A stretch of 64,000 nt of DNA, from NCBI GenBank assembly GCA_046583315.1, contig JAYGCN010000052.1, forward strand, positions 32,001 to 96,000, written 5' to 3'. Below are positions 9,955 through 19,262 of the stretch, one piece after another (positions within the stretch are counted from its first letter, which is position 1; each line of letters starts with the position of its first letter). The position numbers and the translations under genes are program-made. The notes under the pieces are model-generated. The model saw only the letters and a program-made list of their open reading frames with translations, made no database searches and was not told where the DNA came from. The stretch is from Candidatus Hydrogenedentota bacterium. Its GTDB lineage: Bacteria > Hydrogenedentota > Hydrogenedentia > Hydrogenedentales > GCA-2746185.

Positions 9955-10860
9955 ATGCTTTGGCGTTTTGTACAAATCAGCGATCCCCATCTGGGCAGTG
10001 AAACCGATGGTCAATGGAACAACGGTTTCATCTGTAGCATGATGCCTGACGTGATGCGGTGCCTGCGTAAGGACCTCGCCACGATTAACCCGGATTTCAT
10101 TCTTGCCACGGGGGATATTTCCAGTCATCAAACGCGCGACGCCATGTTTGCCGCACGCGATCTGATGGATTCGCTGGGTTTTCCGTATTATCCGATGGGT
10201 GGGAATCATGATTTCGTGCTGGAAGATTCGCGGAAGTGGTTTCTGGAAGCGTTTCACAGTCATTTGCCGGTTCAGAATACCTATTACTCCTTCGATCACA
10301 ATGAAATCCACTTCGCCGTGTTGGATCCCTGGTGGAAATGGGCCGACGATACGCTGCATCAGGTGAGTGAACCCGAAGTGGCTGCGCATCAGGAGATCCA
10401 CCTGAAGGGTGCACGCTGGGAGTTGCCCCAGGAGCAACTCGATTGGCTTGAGCAAGATCTTTCGGAAAACGCGGACAAGATATGCCTCATTGCGAGCCAC
10501 TTTCCGGCCATCGATATTCCTGAACGTTTGAAGCGGCCGGGGCTGCGTAATTCGGGCGCGCTGCAAAATGGGGACGACATCATCGCGCTGATACGTCGTC
10601 ATCCTCAGGTGAAAGCGATATTCTCGGGGCATATGCACATGCACATTATTGAGCCTGACGAAGGCTTCACGCATGTGATTACCGGATCGCTGCCGGAATA
10701 CCCGACGGAGTATCGGGAGGTGTGTGTGTTTGAAGACCGCATTGAAATAAATACGGTAGGTCTCAGTGACCCCTCGTTTGCTACGCGCTCGCTGATTCCG
10801 GGCAAGGATTACACTTCCGGGCAGCCGGGTGATCGGAAAGCAGTAATCCCTTTTCGCTAG
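9955..10860 (+). CDS. Calcineurin-like metallophosphoesterase (CpdA-like)
   Basis: ISDPH, TGD, GNHD, SH and SGHMH metal-binding motifs. Confidence 0.9.
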   Translation: MLWRFVQISDPHLGSETDGQWNNGFICSMMPDVMRCLRKDLATINPDFILATGDISSHQTRDAMFAARDLMDSLGFPYYPMGGNHDFVLEDSRKWFLEAFHSHLPVQNTYYSFDHNEIHFAVLDPWWKWADDTLHQVSEPEVAAHQEIHLKGARWELPQEQLDWLEQDLSENADKICLIASHFPAIDIPERLKRPGLRNSGALQNGDDIIALIRRHPQVKAIFSGHMHMHIIEPDEGFTHVITGSLPEYPTEYREVCVFEDRIEINTVGLSDPSFATRSLIPGKDYTSGQPGDRKAVIPFR

Positions 10861-10872
10861 ACGGTGGTTGGG

Positions 10873-11337
10873 TTACTTAACCTTCATCACAACGATTAGA
10901 TCGCCGTCCGTCAATTTCAGTCCGCCCAAGTTCAGATGTTTTCCCGGAGCCATCACCAATACGGTGTCCAACGCTTTAACGGGATCCGAATCTTTCTTGG
11001 ACTGCATGAGTATCTGCGTTTTCAGTCGGATTCGACCTTGATCGTCAATCGACGTGGGTTCGACCACGAGAGAATAGCGCTGGTTAATGTAGAAGGTCGT
11101 TTTTTCGCCGAAGGGAATGACGGCGTTGGACGAACCAATCTTTTCGAAGGTGTCGTAACTGAGCGAGGCGATTGCCGACTTTACTTTTTCGAGGCCTTTA
11201 CTGAAGGTCTTGTGCGGGGTACCCTTGTTTGATGCCTGTACAGACACAACGGTGATCTCGACGGGTGCCGGATCGGTCATCGCGTAGGACAGGCCGCTCA
11301 GCCAAAGGAGCGCCGTTATAAAAGCAAGATGCCTCAC
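10873..11337 (-). CDS. Secreted hypothetical protein, third gene of ECF sigma operon
   Basis: Signal peptide; coupled to the anti-sigma stop codon. Confidence 0.75.
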   Translation of the reverse strand: MRHLAFITALLWLSGLSYAMTDPAPVEITVVSVQASNKGTPHKTFSKGLEKVKSAIASLSYDTFEKIGSSNAVIPFGEKTTFYINQRYSLVVEPTSIDDQGRIRLKTQILMQSKKDSDPVKALDTVLVMAPGKHLNLGGLKLTDGDLIVVMKVK

Positions 11338-11831
11338 TACAGCTCTCCATCCTCAGGTGCATTCAGCCAAATTGTTGGCGTACCACTGTCAGGTGCATTC
11401 AGCCAAATTGTTGGCGTACCACTGTCGGTGTAGAGCAATTCTGCCGACGCACCATCAATGTCCGTTGAGTAGGTTTCAACAATCGTGTCCGCCGCAACGG
11501 GAGCGGGGCCTTCGGAGGTAATGGTCATCATGGACACGGCCACAATGACGGCTGCCGCTGAAACGGATGCCATGGCCCATAATCCGGCGTGGCGACGTTT
11601 GGGCGCATGTACCCCCTCAGAGATTCCCGCGAGAAAAGCCGGCATCTGTGCATCGTCGATGGTGGGTGTTTCAGGAAGTGCTTCGAGCGATGCACGGCAG
11701 GTCTTCATAAAAGTGAGATGTTTCTGACAGGTTGTGCAGTGTTCAATATGCGATTCGAGTTGTGGGTCATTCGGCTGTTCCCCGTCGAACCAGCGTTCCA
11801 CATCGTTTTCGTGTGTACATGTCGATTTCAT
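11337..11831 (-). CDS. Zinc-binding (zf-HC2-type) membrane anti-sigma factor
   Basis: HIEHCTTC (HxxxCxxC), single TM segment, directly downstream of an ECF sigma factor. Confidence 0.8.
   Translation of the reverse strand: MKSTCTHENDVERWFDGEQPNDPQLESHIEHCTTCQKHLTFMKTCRASLEALPETPTIDDAQMPAFLAGISEGVHAPKRRHAGLWAMASVSAAAVIVAVSMMTITSEGPAPVAADTIVETYSTDIDGASAELLYTDSGTPTIWLNAPDSGTPTIWLNAPEDGEL
11353..11424. repeat. Exact 36-bp tandem duplication (2 copies)
   Basis: TCAGGTGCATTCAGCCAAATTGTTGGCGTACCACTG at 11353-11388 and 11389-11424; encodes DSGTPTIWLNAP twice on the minus strand. Confidence 0.97.
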
Positions 11832-12518
11832 TTATCGATCCTCCATGACGCCCATGTCGAGCAGCGTCTGTTGCAGTTTCTTCCTAGCATGGTGCAAGCG
11901 ACTCATCACCGTGCCCAAACTGCATTTCATGACTTCCGCCATGTTTTCATACGATAACCCTTCTAGTTCCCGTAATACAAAAGCCGTTTTATGTTTATCC
12001 GAAAGTGTGTCCAGCGCCTGCGTAATGCGCTGGCCGAGTTCGGATGATGCCATCGATTCATCCGGGCGAGCCGCAACACTTTCAAAGCGCGCCTCGGGCA
12101 TCGAGTCATCGAGTGATATCGTCTTCAATTTTCGTTTTTTGAAAAAGTCTTTACAGCGATTCGCCGTGATGCGCAAGATCCAGGTCTTGAAACTTGAGTC
12201 GCCACGAAACGAGCCTATTGCCCGGTGTGCTTTGATGAACACTTCCTGCGAAATATCCCAGGCGTCTTCACGATTGCGCACGTAGTGATAGGCCAATCCA
12301 TAGACATCGTTGCGATACCGTCGAACCAATTCTTCAAATGCGGCGTAATCACCCGTCCGGGCATCTCCGGTGAGCGTTTGATCATCGGCTTCGCGCAACT
12401 CGGCGTACGATTTGGAATCTTTCGATTCGACCATAAAATCATCCATCAACAGGCTGAGTTCAACGGCTTCGCTCACATCTTCGCTCCCGGGTTGTTGATT
12501 ACACCCAACTAGACGCAA
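11832..12518 (-). CDS. ECF RNA polymerase sigma factor (RpoE-like)
   Basis: Region 2 DAWDISQEVFIKA...FKTWILRITAN, region 4 GLSYENMAEVMKCSLGTVMSRLHHARKKL. True start probably downstream of 12518. Confidence 0.93.
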   Translation of the reverse strand: MRLVGCNQQPGSEDVSEAVELSLLMDDFMVESKDSKSYAELREADDQTLTGDARTGDYAAFEELVRRYRNDVYGLAYHYVRNREDAWDISQEVFIKAHRAIGSFRGDSSFKTWILRITANRCKDFFKKRKLKTISLDDSMPEARFESVAARPDESMASSELGQRITQALDTLSDKHKTAFVLRELEGLSYENMAEVMKCSLGTVMSRLHHARKKLQQTLLDMGVMEDR

Positions 12519-12682
12519 ACCGTTGAGGGATATTCACTTCCAGCCTTCTATTTATAAGTAAAAATTGCCCATCCGTTATAATATACTGATAATAAAGGGC
12601 TTAGCTTGCTGTAGTCAAGTGATTTTCTTGCATGCTTATACTCAAAATCGGTACCCTGTGTGTCCAAACGAGGAGGAAATAC

Positions 12683-13372
12683 ATGTCAACTACACCCGAA
12701 ATCGAAACCATGTCCCTGGACGAAGCCATCTATGCACGTCGCTCCGTTCGAGGTTATCTGGATAAACCTGTGCCGCAGGAAGTGCTCAACGAGGTATTCG
12801 CCCTGGCGCAACGTACTCCGTCCAATTGCAACATTCAGCCTTGGAAGGTATTTGTTGCCTCCGGGGAAGTCCGTGATCGGCTGCGCGAAAAAATGATTCA
12901 CAATGTGACCAACGGTATCGCGCCCAAAGCCGATGTACCGTATCCTGGCAAATTCGAGGGGGAATATCGTAAACGCCAAGTCGACTGCGCTTTCGAGATG
13001 TACGGTGAAATGGGCATTGCCCGCGAAGACAAAGAAGGCCGTATGCGCGCATCCCTTCGCAACTTTGAACTCTTCGATGCGCCGCACGTCGCTTTCATCG
13101 GCATGGAAAGCACTTTCGGGACAACCGTCGGTCTTGATGTCGGCATGTACATGCAGACCCTCATGCTCGCCATGGCCTCCCGCGGCATCGCCAGTTGTGC
13201 CCAGGGCAGCATGCGCTCCTACCCCGACCTCGTGCGCGAAGAATTCCCCGGCAACGATAACATCGACATCCTCGTCGGCATGTCCTTCGGCTACGAAGAC
13301 GCGGAAGTATTGGCCAACAACACCCGAATCGATCGCGACCCGATAGATGCGAGCGTGACGTTCAAGGGGTAG
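12683..13372 (+). CDS. Nitroreductase family protein
   Basis: RRSVR, TPSNCNIQPW, FDAPH motifs; AGGAGG SD at 12671 before ATG 12683. Confidence 0.92.
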   Translation: MSTTPEIETMSLDEAIYARRSVRGYLDKPVPQEVLNEVFALAQRTPSNCNIQPWKVFVASGEVRDRLREKMIHNVTNGIAPKADVPYPGKFEGEYRKRQVDCAFEMYGEMGIAREDKEGRMRASLRNFELFDAPHVAFIGMESTFGTTVGLDVGMYMQTLMLAMASRGIASCAQGSMRSYPDLVREEFPGNDNIDILVGMSFGYEDAEVLANNTRIDRDPIDASVTFKG

Positions 13373-13389
13373 GGCAATACCTCAATCAA

Positions 13390-13450
13390 GGATGCAAAGC
13401 ATCCGCCGGTCTTTCTTTTCTTTCTTCCCAGAAAGAAAAGAAAGACCGGT
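13390..13450. repeat. Polypyrimidine/polypurine hairpin between convergent genes (copy 1)
   Basis: Small hairpin GGATGC-AAA-GCATCC, then a 20-bp perfect stem CCGGTCTTTCTTTTCTTTCT-TCCC-AGAAAGAAAAGAAAGACCGG. Confidence 0.85.
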
Positions 13451-13456
13451 TTGCTC

Positions 13457-14434
13457 TTAGGAGTGGCGTATCAACACGAATTCTGCGCATTCGCGCATGG
13501 TGTCGACGTAGTGGGAGGGGGGGAGTGCTTCGAGGGCGGTGATGCCTGAGTTGACGTAGTCGCGGCACAAATTAACGACCTTGTCGGTCGCGCCGGTGGA
13601 CTGCATTTGGTCATGAATCCAGGTACGGTCGTCTTCGGTAAGGGCGTTGCCGAGCAGGGATTCGAGGCGCGCTTGGTCGGCATCATTCATGGCTGTTTTC
13701 ATCTCGATGATCGGCAGCGTTGTTTTGCCTTCAACGATGTCTCCGCAGGACGGTTTTCCGAGCGTTTCTTCGGTTTCCGTGAGGTCGATGACATCATCGA
13801 TGAGCTGGAATGCGGTGCCCATGCCCATGCCGTAGTCGTAGAGTGGCTTGCGATGGGTTTCATCGAGCAGCAGTGATGGCGTTGAGCAGGCTACGGCGAA
13901 CAGACTGGCCGTTTTCTTTTCGGAAAGTCGTATGCAATCTTCCGCGTTCAGATTTTCTTTGCCGCGACCGAAGTTGATGAGTTCGCCCTCGGCCATTTGG
14001 TGGATGGAATCGAGCGCACTGACGATGACCTGGCAATTGTCGTAGGCTGTCATGATGCTGAGCGCGCGCGCGACCAGATAGTCTCCGCCGAGTACAGCGG
14101 TATGGTTGTCCCACAGGCGATTGAGCGATGTTTCGCCGCGGCGCGTATCGGCGCTGTCCACCACATCATCGTGCGCGAGCGCGGCCAGGTGTAGCAATTC
14201 CATGCCGGCGGCCATTTCGGTGAAGTGATCAAGATTATCGGCACCGCATGCGCCGGCAGACAAGAAACACAGCGCGGGACGCATGAGTTTTCCGCCGAGC
14301 CGCGGCGGGGTCACTTCGGGTCCATAGACCAGTTGGAAGGCATCGGTCCATTCGCGTGTGACGGTTTCGCGGACGCGATCCAGCTGAGGATCGATGGATT
14401 CGAAGAGCAATTTGAGGGACAGTGTGGAAGACAT
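13457..14434 (-). CDS. Polyprenyl diphosphate synthase (IspB/HepT-like)
   Basis: GGKLMRP, LAHDDVVDSADTRRG, FQLIDDVID, GKPSCGDIVEGKTTLP. Confidence 0.93.
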   Translation of the reverse strand: MSSTLSLKLLFESIDPQLDRVRETVTREWTDAFQLVYGPEVTPPRLGGKLMRPALCFLSAGACGADNLDHFTEMAAGMELLHLAALAHDDVVDSADTRRGETSLNRLWDNHTAVLGGDYLVARALSIMTAYDNCQVIVSALDSIHQMAEGELINFGRGKENLNAEDCIRLSEKKTASLFAVACSTPSLLLDETHRKPLYDYGMGMGTAFQLIDDVIDLTETEETLGKPSCGDIVEGKTTLPIIEMKTAMNDADQARLESLLGNALTEDDRTWIHDQMQSTGATDKVVNLCRDYVNSGITALEALPPSHYVDTMRECAEFVLIRHS

Positions 14435-14440
14435 CGGAGG

Positions 14441-14449
14441 ATTATAGCA
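14441..14449 (-). promoter_or_regulatory. Extended -10 promoter, probably leaderless transcript
   Basis: Minus strand reads TGCTATAAT-CCTCCG-ATG; no SD between -10 and start. Confidence 0.6.
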
Positions 14450-14488
14450 TACGCCCGCGGGCCGAAAAAGGTCTCGTGTGTGGGGCGG

Positions 14489-16759
14489 CTACTCAGCTGT
14501 GGCGCGTACGAACTGTATTTCCAGCGGGATATTCGTGGCGGCGGAACGTGGAATCGTTATCGAAGCCACGCCATTGGAGAGCGTCCAGGGCGTATCTTGG
14601 GAGTCGATGGTGACGGACGAGACGTTGAGAACATCCGGGACGAGGATGTGAATGTTGTAGTCGTCGAGGGAAGGTGTGAGCGATCCGTGCAAGCGCATCG
14701 TGTCAGATTTCCAGCCTGTTTTAAGTTGGTCGGGCGTGCTGGATGCGATTGAACGTGACGTGCCGAGCAGCAAGGGGACTCCCCGGAATTCGCGTAGCAA
14801 CAGCGTGCGCACTTGTCCGGCGGATACGTTGATGTTGACCTGGTTGCTGGCGTTTCCATAATACCGCTGTTGATCGAGATCGAAGAGGGTGTATTTTGTA
14901 GCTCGGCGTTGCCGGGATTCCCCTAACGGCAGGGTCACAGTTCTGGTTTTGTCGCCGTGTACGTTTTGAATGCTCGCGAGCAGCCATTGGCCCGAAGTTT
15001 CTGTTCCACGCTTGAGCCAGATCGCTGGCGGATCGGCTAGAAAGAGGTCGCGTGGTTTGGCCGGATGCAACAAGGGGGGAAGGAATATCGATGTGCGGGT
15101 ATCGGCCTCCCATGCGGTGTCGAGCGTCTCAATAGTTTCTATCAAGTTTACGGCCATGATGCCCGCTTGGGGATAGGTCAATTCATTTTCGCCTGAACGA
15201 TTTAGGGTATATCGATGCCCCAGATGAGGCGCGTAGGAAAATTTGGAGAACTCGTTGTGACTTTCGAGATGGCCCGTGTAGGGGAAGGTTGGAAGGAGAT
15301 GGGAGGGATTGAGAATTATCGGAGTGGTCGGGGTTACTGAAGCTCTGAGCGTTGCCATTGCCATACGCGCGATTTCGATTTTGGTTAAATGGTCGCCGGA
15401 TTGGAACCCATATTCGTCGGTTTGGAGCTCACTATCCGTAAAGTTCCATACGAGGCTTCTTGTGTACAGATCGAGATCGATGCCCCATATTGAATCGAAA
15501 CCAATCGTTTTCTGACGTTCCTTCAATCGTTGCATTAGCCAACTACTCGCTATCAGGTTTGTGACATCCAGCAAGTCGTGTGAGATCGTCGAGGATGAGT
15601 ACATGGAGGTGGGTTCATGAACAAACCAGTCGGGATTCTGTTTTACTTCGTCCGATTGGATAGGAAACTCGAAGGGGTTGCCGAATAATCCGACTCGAAA
15701 CCCGTGCTGTCGAATAAGGCTGGCGTGGGTGGCGAGAGACCTATCGCTGACGGAATAGGGGTACTCCGGCGGTCGTCCAATGATAAAACGAATTTGTTCT
15801 GCGTGTGCGCCGCTCGACTCAATTCGTTCGATGGCATCCAACAGTACGGCGCGATATTCTTCGTCGGTCGGGTACTCATGCATGACCAGAATATTTCGTG
15901 CCGGAGTTTTCGTGTAAACGGGAATGCGGTTTGTGACCGCGATGGCTTTTGCGTATCGCTCCAGAGCGAGGAGCGGGTCGGATTCTGCGATGGCGAGATA
16001 GAGTATTTCGGATTCGAGGACTTCTCCCGGATTAACGGTGGCGGGCGGATCGTAGATGTTGGTCGCGCGCATATAGTTGAAATGGTTGGGTTCGTCGTCA
16101 AGCGACTGTATGTGTACTGTATTGAAGGCGCGTGCCTGCGTGGTAAACCCGGCGATCAGGGATTGGCCTGTGTGCGGGTTTAGCAAGGCCATCATGTTGG
16201 CGGCCTGTCCGTTCTGGGTGGCGAGCGCTCGTGAATCTTTTCCCATGCCATCGAGCAGCATGATAGAGTCCGCCGTGCCTGCGCCGAGAATTACGCTGCC
16301 CTTTCGTGGGTCGCCTATCGCCCAAGGGATCAATTGTTTGATGTGTACTGGTTTTTTGGAGTTGTTGATGTACGCGAGTTGCACAGCGAGGTAAGGTTTG
16401 GTGGGATAGGCTTGCAGTGTCCATTGGATGTCATTGAATCGAATCCGCATGCCCTGACCGCGTCCCAACGCGTCGTTCACTTCGAAACGTTGGGAATAGC
16501 GACCATCGAGACGTACCGCTTCCGGTTTTTTCTTGCCCGCGAACCAGACCATCGGGAAGGCATCAACAAAAATGGGTGCACCGGCAGAGGTGGTAATGTC
16601 CACCCGACCGTTTTTCTGGATGGATATGTGGTATTGGCCTGTGTTTAGTGAACGATATTCACGGCCGGGACCGAATACTTGCGCCGACACGATGCTCGTG
16701 CACAGCAGGAGTGCCAGCATCGCTATAGCGCACCGTTGATATCGATTTGCGGACAGCAT
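14489..16759 (-). CDS. Secreted hypothetical protein, distantly alpha-galactosidase (GH36/GH27)-like
   Basis: Signal peptide; PGEVLESE, GFRVGLFGNPF, NPDWFV and LDVTN resemble GH36-type segments; catalytic motif not recognisable. Confidence 0.55.
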   Translation of the reverse strand: MLSANRYQRCAIAMLALLLCTSIVSAQVFGPGREYRSLNTGQYHISIQKNGRVDITTSAGAPIFVDAFPMVWFAGKKKPEAVRLDGRYSQRFEVNDALGRGQGMRIRFNDIQWTLQAYPTKPYLAVQLAYINNSKKPVHIKQLIPWAIGDPRKGSVILGAGTADSIMLLDGMGKDSRALATQNGQAANMMALLNPHTGQSLIAGFTTQARAFNTVHIQSLDDEPNHFNYMRATNIYDPPATVNPGEVLESEILYLAIAESDPLLALERYAKAIAVTNRIPVYTKTPARNILVMHEYPTDEEYRAVLLDAIERIESSGAHAEQIRFIIGRPPEYPYSVSDRSLATHASLIRQHGFRVGLFGNPFEFPIQSDEVKQNPDWFVHEPTSMYSSSTISHDLLDVTNLIASSWLMQRLKERQKTIGFDSIWGIDLDLYTRSLVWNFTDSELQTDEYGFQSGDHLTKIEIARMAMATLRASVTPTTPIILNPSHLLPTFPYTGHLESHNEFSKFSYAPHLGHRYTLNRSGENELTYPQAGIMAVNLIETIETLDTAWEADTRTSIFLPPLLHPAKPRDLFLADPPAIWLKRGTETSGQWLLASIQNVHGDKTRTVTLPLGESRQRRATKYTLFDLDQQRYYGNASNQVNINVSAGQVRTLLLREFRGVPLLLGTSRSIASSTPDQLKTGWKSDTMRLHGSLTPSLDDYNIHILVPDVLNVSSVTIDSQDTPWTLSNGVASITIPRSAATNIPLEIQFVRATAE

Positions 16760-16761
16760 AA

Positions 16762-17793
16762 TTATTTCAACGTGACTTTCTTGCCGTTATCGCTGGATTT
16801 ATATGCGGCCAAGGCGACTTCGAGCGCGTTACGCCCGACCTGACCCGTCATTGTTTGTTTCTCTTTGCCTTCAATGACATCGATCCAGTGTTTGATTTCG
16901 ACATCCCAGCCGCCACGGGTCGGGTTCTTATCGAGCGTCTTCCATTTTACCGAACCGTCCTTGCCAGCGGACGCGTTACCTTGGCAGAGCTGTAAGCCTT
17001 TGATGTAATCGCAGATGAGCGTGCCTTCGGTGCCGTAGATTTCCACGCCCGCGAATCCCGGCTGACTCGTCCAGCCGACTTCGATGTATCCGAGCGCGCC
17101 GTTTTTGTATTCGATTTGCAGTAGCGCGTTGTCGTCTACTGGAATCTTCTTGACCACGGTGCGTGCCATGGCGTTGATTGATTTTATCGGACCCATCATC
17201 CACAGCGACAAGTCGATCGCGTGGATACCCATGTCTAGTAGGGCACCACCGGCCGCGAGTTTAGGGTTGTAGAACCAGGCATTCTTCGCCCAGCTGGGAT
17301 AGGGACCGCCATGCGCGAAACGCACGCGACACATGAAGGGTTTTCCGATTTTACCGTCCTGTATCATCTGTTTCGTTTTCTGTGTGCCCGTGAACATGCG
17401 GTGTGTAAAACCGATCATCAGTTTTCTGCGATTCTTTTTCGCCGCCGCAATCATTTTGTCCGCCTGATTCAGATTGATGGCGATCGGTTTTTCGCACAAG
17501 ACGTGGCATTTTGCATTGAGCGCCGCAATAGTGTTCTCCGCGTGGAAGGCATTCGGGGTGCAAATGCTGACGATGTCGAGGTCCTCGTTTTTCAGCATGT
17601 CCTTGTAATCCGTGTATCCCGTGACCCTGCCGAAACGCTCCTTCACCTCGTCATGCCGCTCCGCAGTGGGTTCCGCAAACGCGACGACCTTCGTGCGGCG
17701 ATCTTTCTTGTATCCTGGAAAGTGGCATTCCTGCGCAATCGCGCCCGCGCCAATAATGCCGACCGTATATACCTTCTTCGTGCTTGTAGCCAT
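16762..17793 (-). CDS. Gfo/Idh/MocA family oxidoreductase
   Basis: GIIGAGAI, HVLCEKP, GGALLDMGIHAID. Confidence 0.93.
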   Translation of the reverse strand: MATSTKKVYTVGIIGAGAIAQECHFPGYKKDRRTKVVAFAEPTAERHDEVKERFGRVTGYTDYKDMLKNEDLDIVSICTPNAFHAENTIAALNAKCHVLCEKPIAINLNQADKMIAAAKKNRRKLMIGFTHRMFTGTQKTKQMIQDGKIGKPFMCRVRFAHGGPYPSWAKNAWFYNPKLAAGGALLDMGIHAIDLSLWMMGPIKSINAMARTVVKKIPVDDNALLQIEYKNGALGYIEVGWTSQPGFAGVEIYGTEGTLICDYIKGLQLCQGNASAGKDGSVKWKTLDKNPTRGGWDVEIKHWIDVIEGKEKQTMTGQVGRNALEVALAAYKSSDNGKKVTLK

Positions 17794-17924
17794 GTAGCGA
17801 TGTACTCCTGTGGGGTTATTGCTGAAGTGTAGAGCGTTAAGTCTAATAGTTAATACGATTCAATACAACTTGGTTGCTTCTTTGACGCGAATCGTGAGGA
17901 AGATGGCGGACGAAGGTGGGGAAT

Positions 17925-19217
17925 CTACTTTCCCTTGGTATATAGGTTGATTTTCGCCTGAATCTTTCTGGAAAGGCTGTCGCATTGGTTGAGGAAGATG
18001 AGGAATTTCCGATCGCTGGTGAGGTCTTAGTGAGTGAGTTCTTCGATGGCCTGCAGTTTGATGCGGGTGACTTCGTTTAGGCGTTCTTTGAGTTTCGCGG
18101 GACTGGATTCTTCCATCTGCTGTTCTTCGATCCTGAGCGTATCGGTGAGGTGTTCGTGCATGATGCGATTTTGATTTAACAGGGCGCGTTCACGGAATTT
18201 CCTCATTCTTTCGTCGCGTCGACGCCACAGCAGGTACAAACCGGCCGCAATGGAGAGGAGAATTTCTTTGGCCCCGGCGAGGAATTGCATCAACGCACCG
18301 AAATTCTCGAGGCCCTTGTAGGGCGTGAAATAACTGAGACTCGCCTCATGCATCGGGAAAATTCGCCATTGTTCGGCTTCGCTGTAGGGGATTAAGGTCG
18401 GCAATTTTCGGTCGGCCCGTAGATCGTTCGTGTAGAGTGCGTCGAGTACGGTTTGAACGAGCAGGGCGTTCGCATCCTCACGTGCGGCCAGGAACGCCAT
18501 CGTTGACACGGTGGATACGGGCTCCGGCGGAACAGGTTTATTCTCTGCGAAGAAGCCCCGGGGAATTTCATATTCGGCAAAATAGGCATGGCGCACGGAT
18601 AGGGTGGCGGCATCTTAAATATTCAGAATCTTGAAGTCTCCGGTGGACAAGATGCGTTGCAGATCTTGATTCATCAGGCCGGTCGTAATGGTCGCGCCAT
18701 CGATTTCTGGATGATCTTCCAGGAGTTCGAAGGAACCTCGTGCGTGTTCATCCTGCTCGGCGAATTTGAGGTCGTAGTGGTTGACTACCATCATGGCCGC
18801 CTGAACCATGCCCGAATGCGTCGGGCCGAGTATGATGGTGCGCCCATTCAGATCGAGCATCGAATCGATATCGCGATCGTTGCGCACGACCACGAGGATA
18901 ACTTCATCAAAGGAGGGGACGAGCCCGGTCAGCCCATCCATCGACATGGCACCCGCCTGAAGTATCGCGTTCGCGACGGAGCCGACGGTCGGCAGAATCT
19001 CCACGTGATTCGGACCGTTTGGGTCGTTTTCCAAGGCCGTGGTCAAATGGCTCGCGAATTCATCATAGAGTCCACCCGAATCACCGGCGGCAATGCGTAT
19101 CGTGTTCGGCAAGGTCTCGCGGGTTACGAACCAGATAATGATCGATATGGGGATAATCGAGATGATGAGCGCTATCCACCACCGTTGCATCAGGTATGAT
19201 TTTGTGAATTTTCCCAT
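17925..19217 (-). pseudogene. TAXI-type TRAP solute-binding membrane protein interrupted by two in-frame TAA stops
   Basis: ORFs 18615-19217 and 18027-18596 share a frame, which continues to TAG at 17925. Motifs IRIAAGDSGGLY, TVGSVAN, LGPTHSG. Stops at 18615-18617 and 18027-18029. Confidence 0.8.
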
Positions 19218-19262
19218 CGCCAGTTGCTCGCTCCCTGCCGTGTTGACAGAGTTGAGTCTATT

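Noticed and set aside
11353..11426. 36-bp direct repeat as a CRISPR array
   Set aside because: The copies are adjacent with no spacer, lie in frame inside a CDS, and no cas genes are present.
18596..18617. Frameshift between the two TAXI ORFs
   Set aside because: Both ORFs are in the same frame; the break is an in-frame stop.
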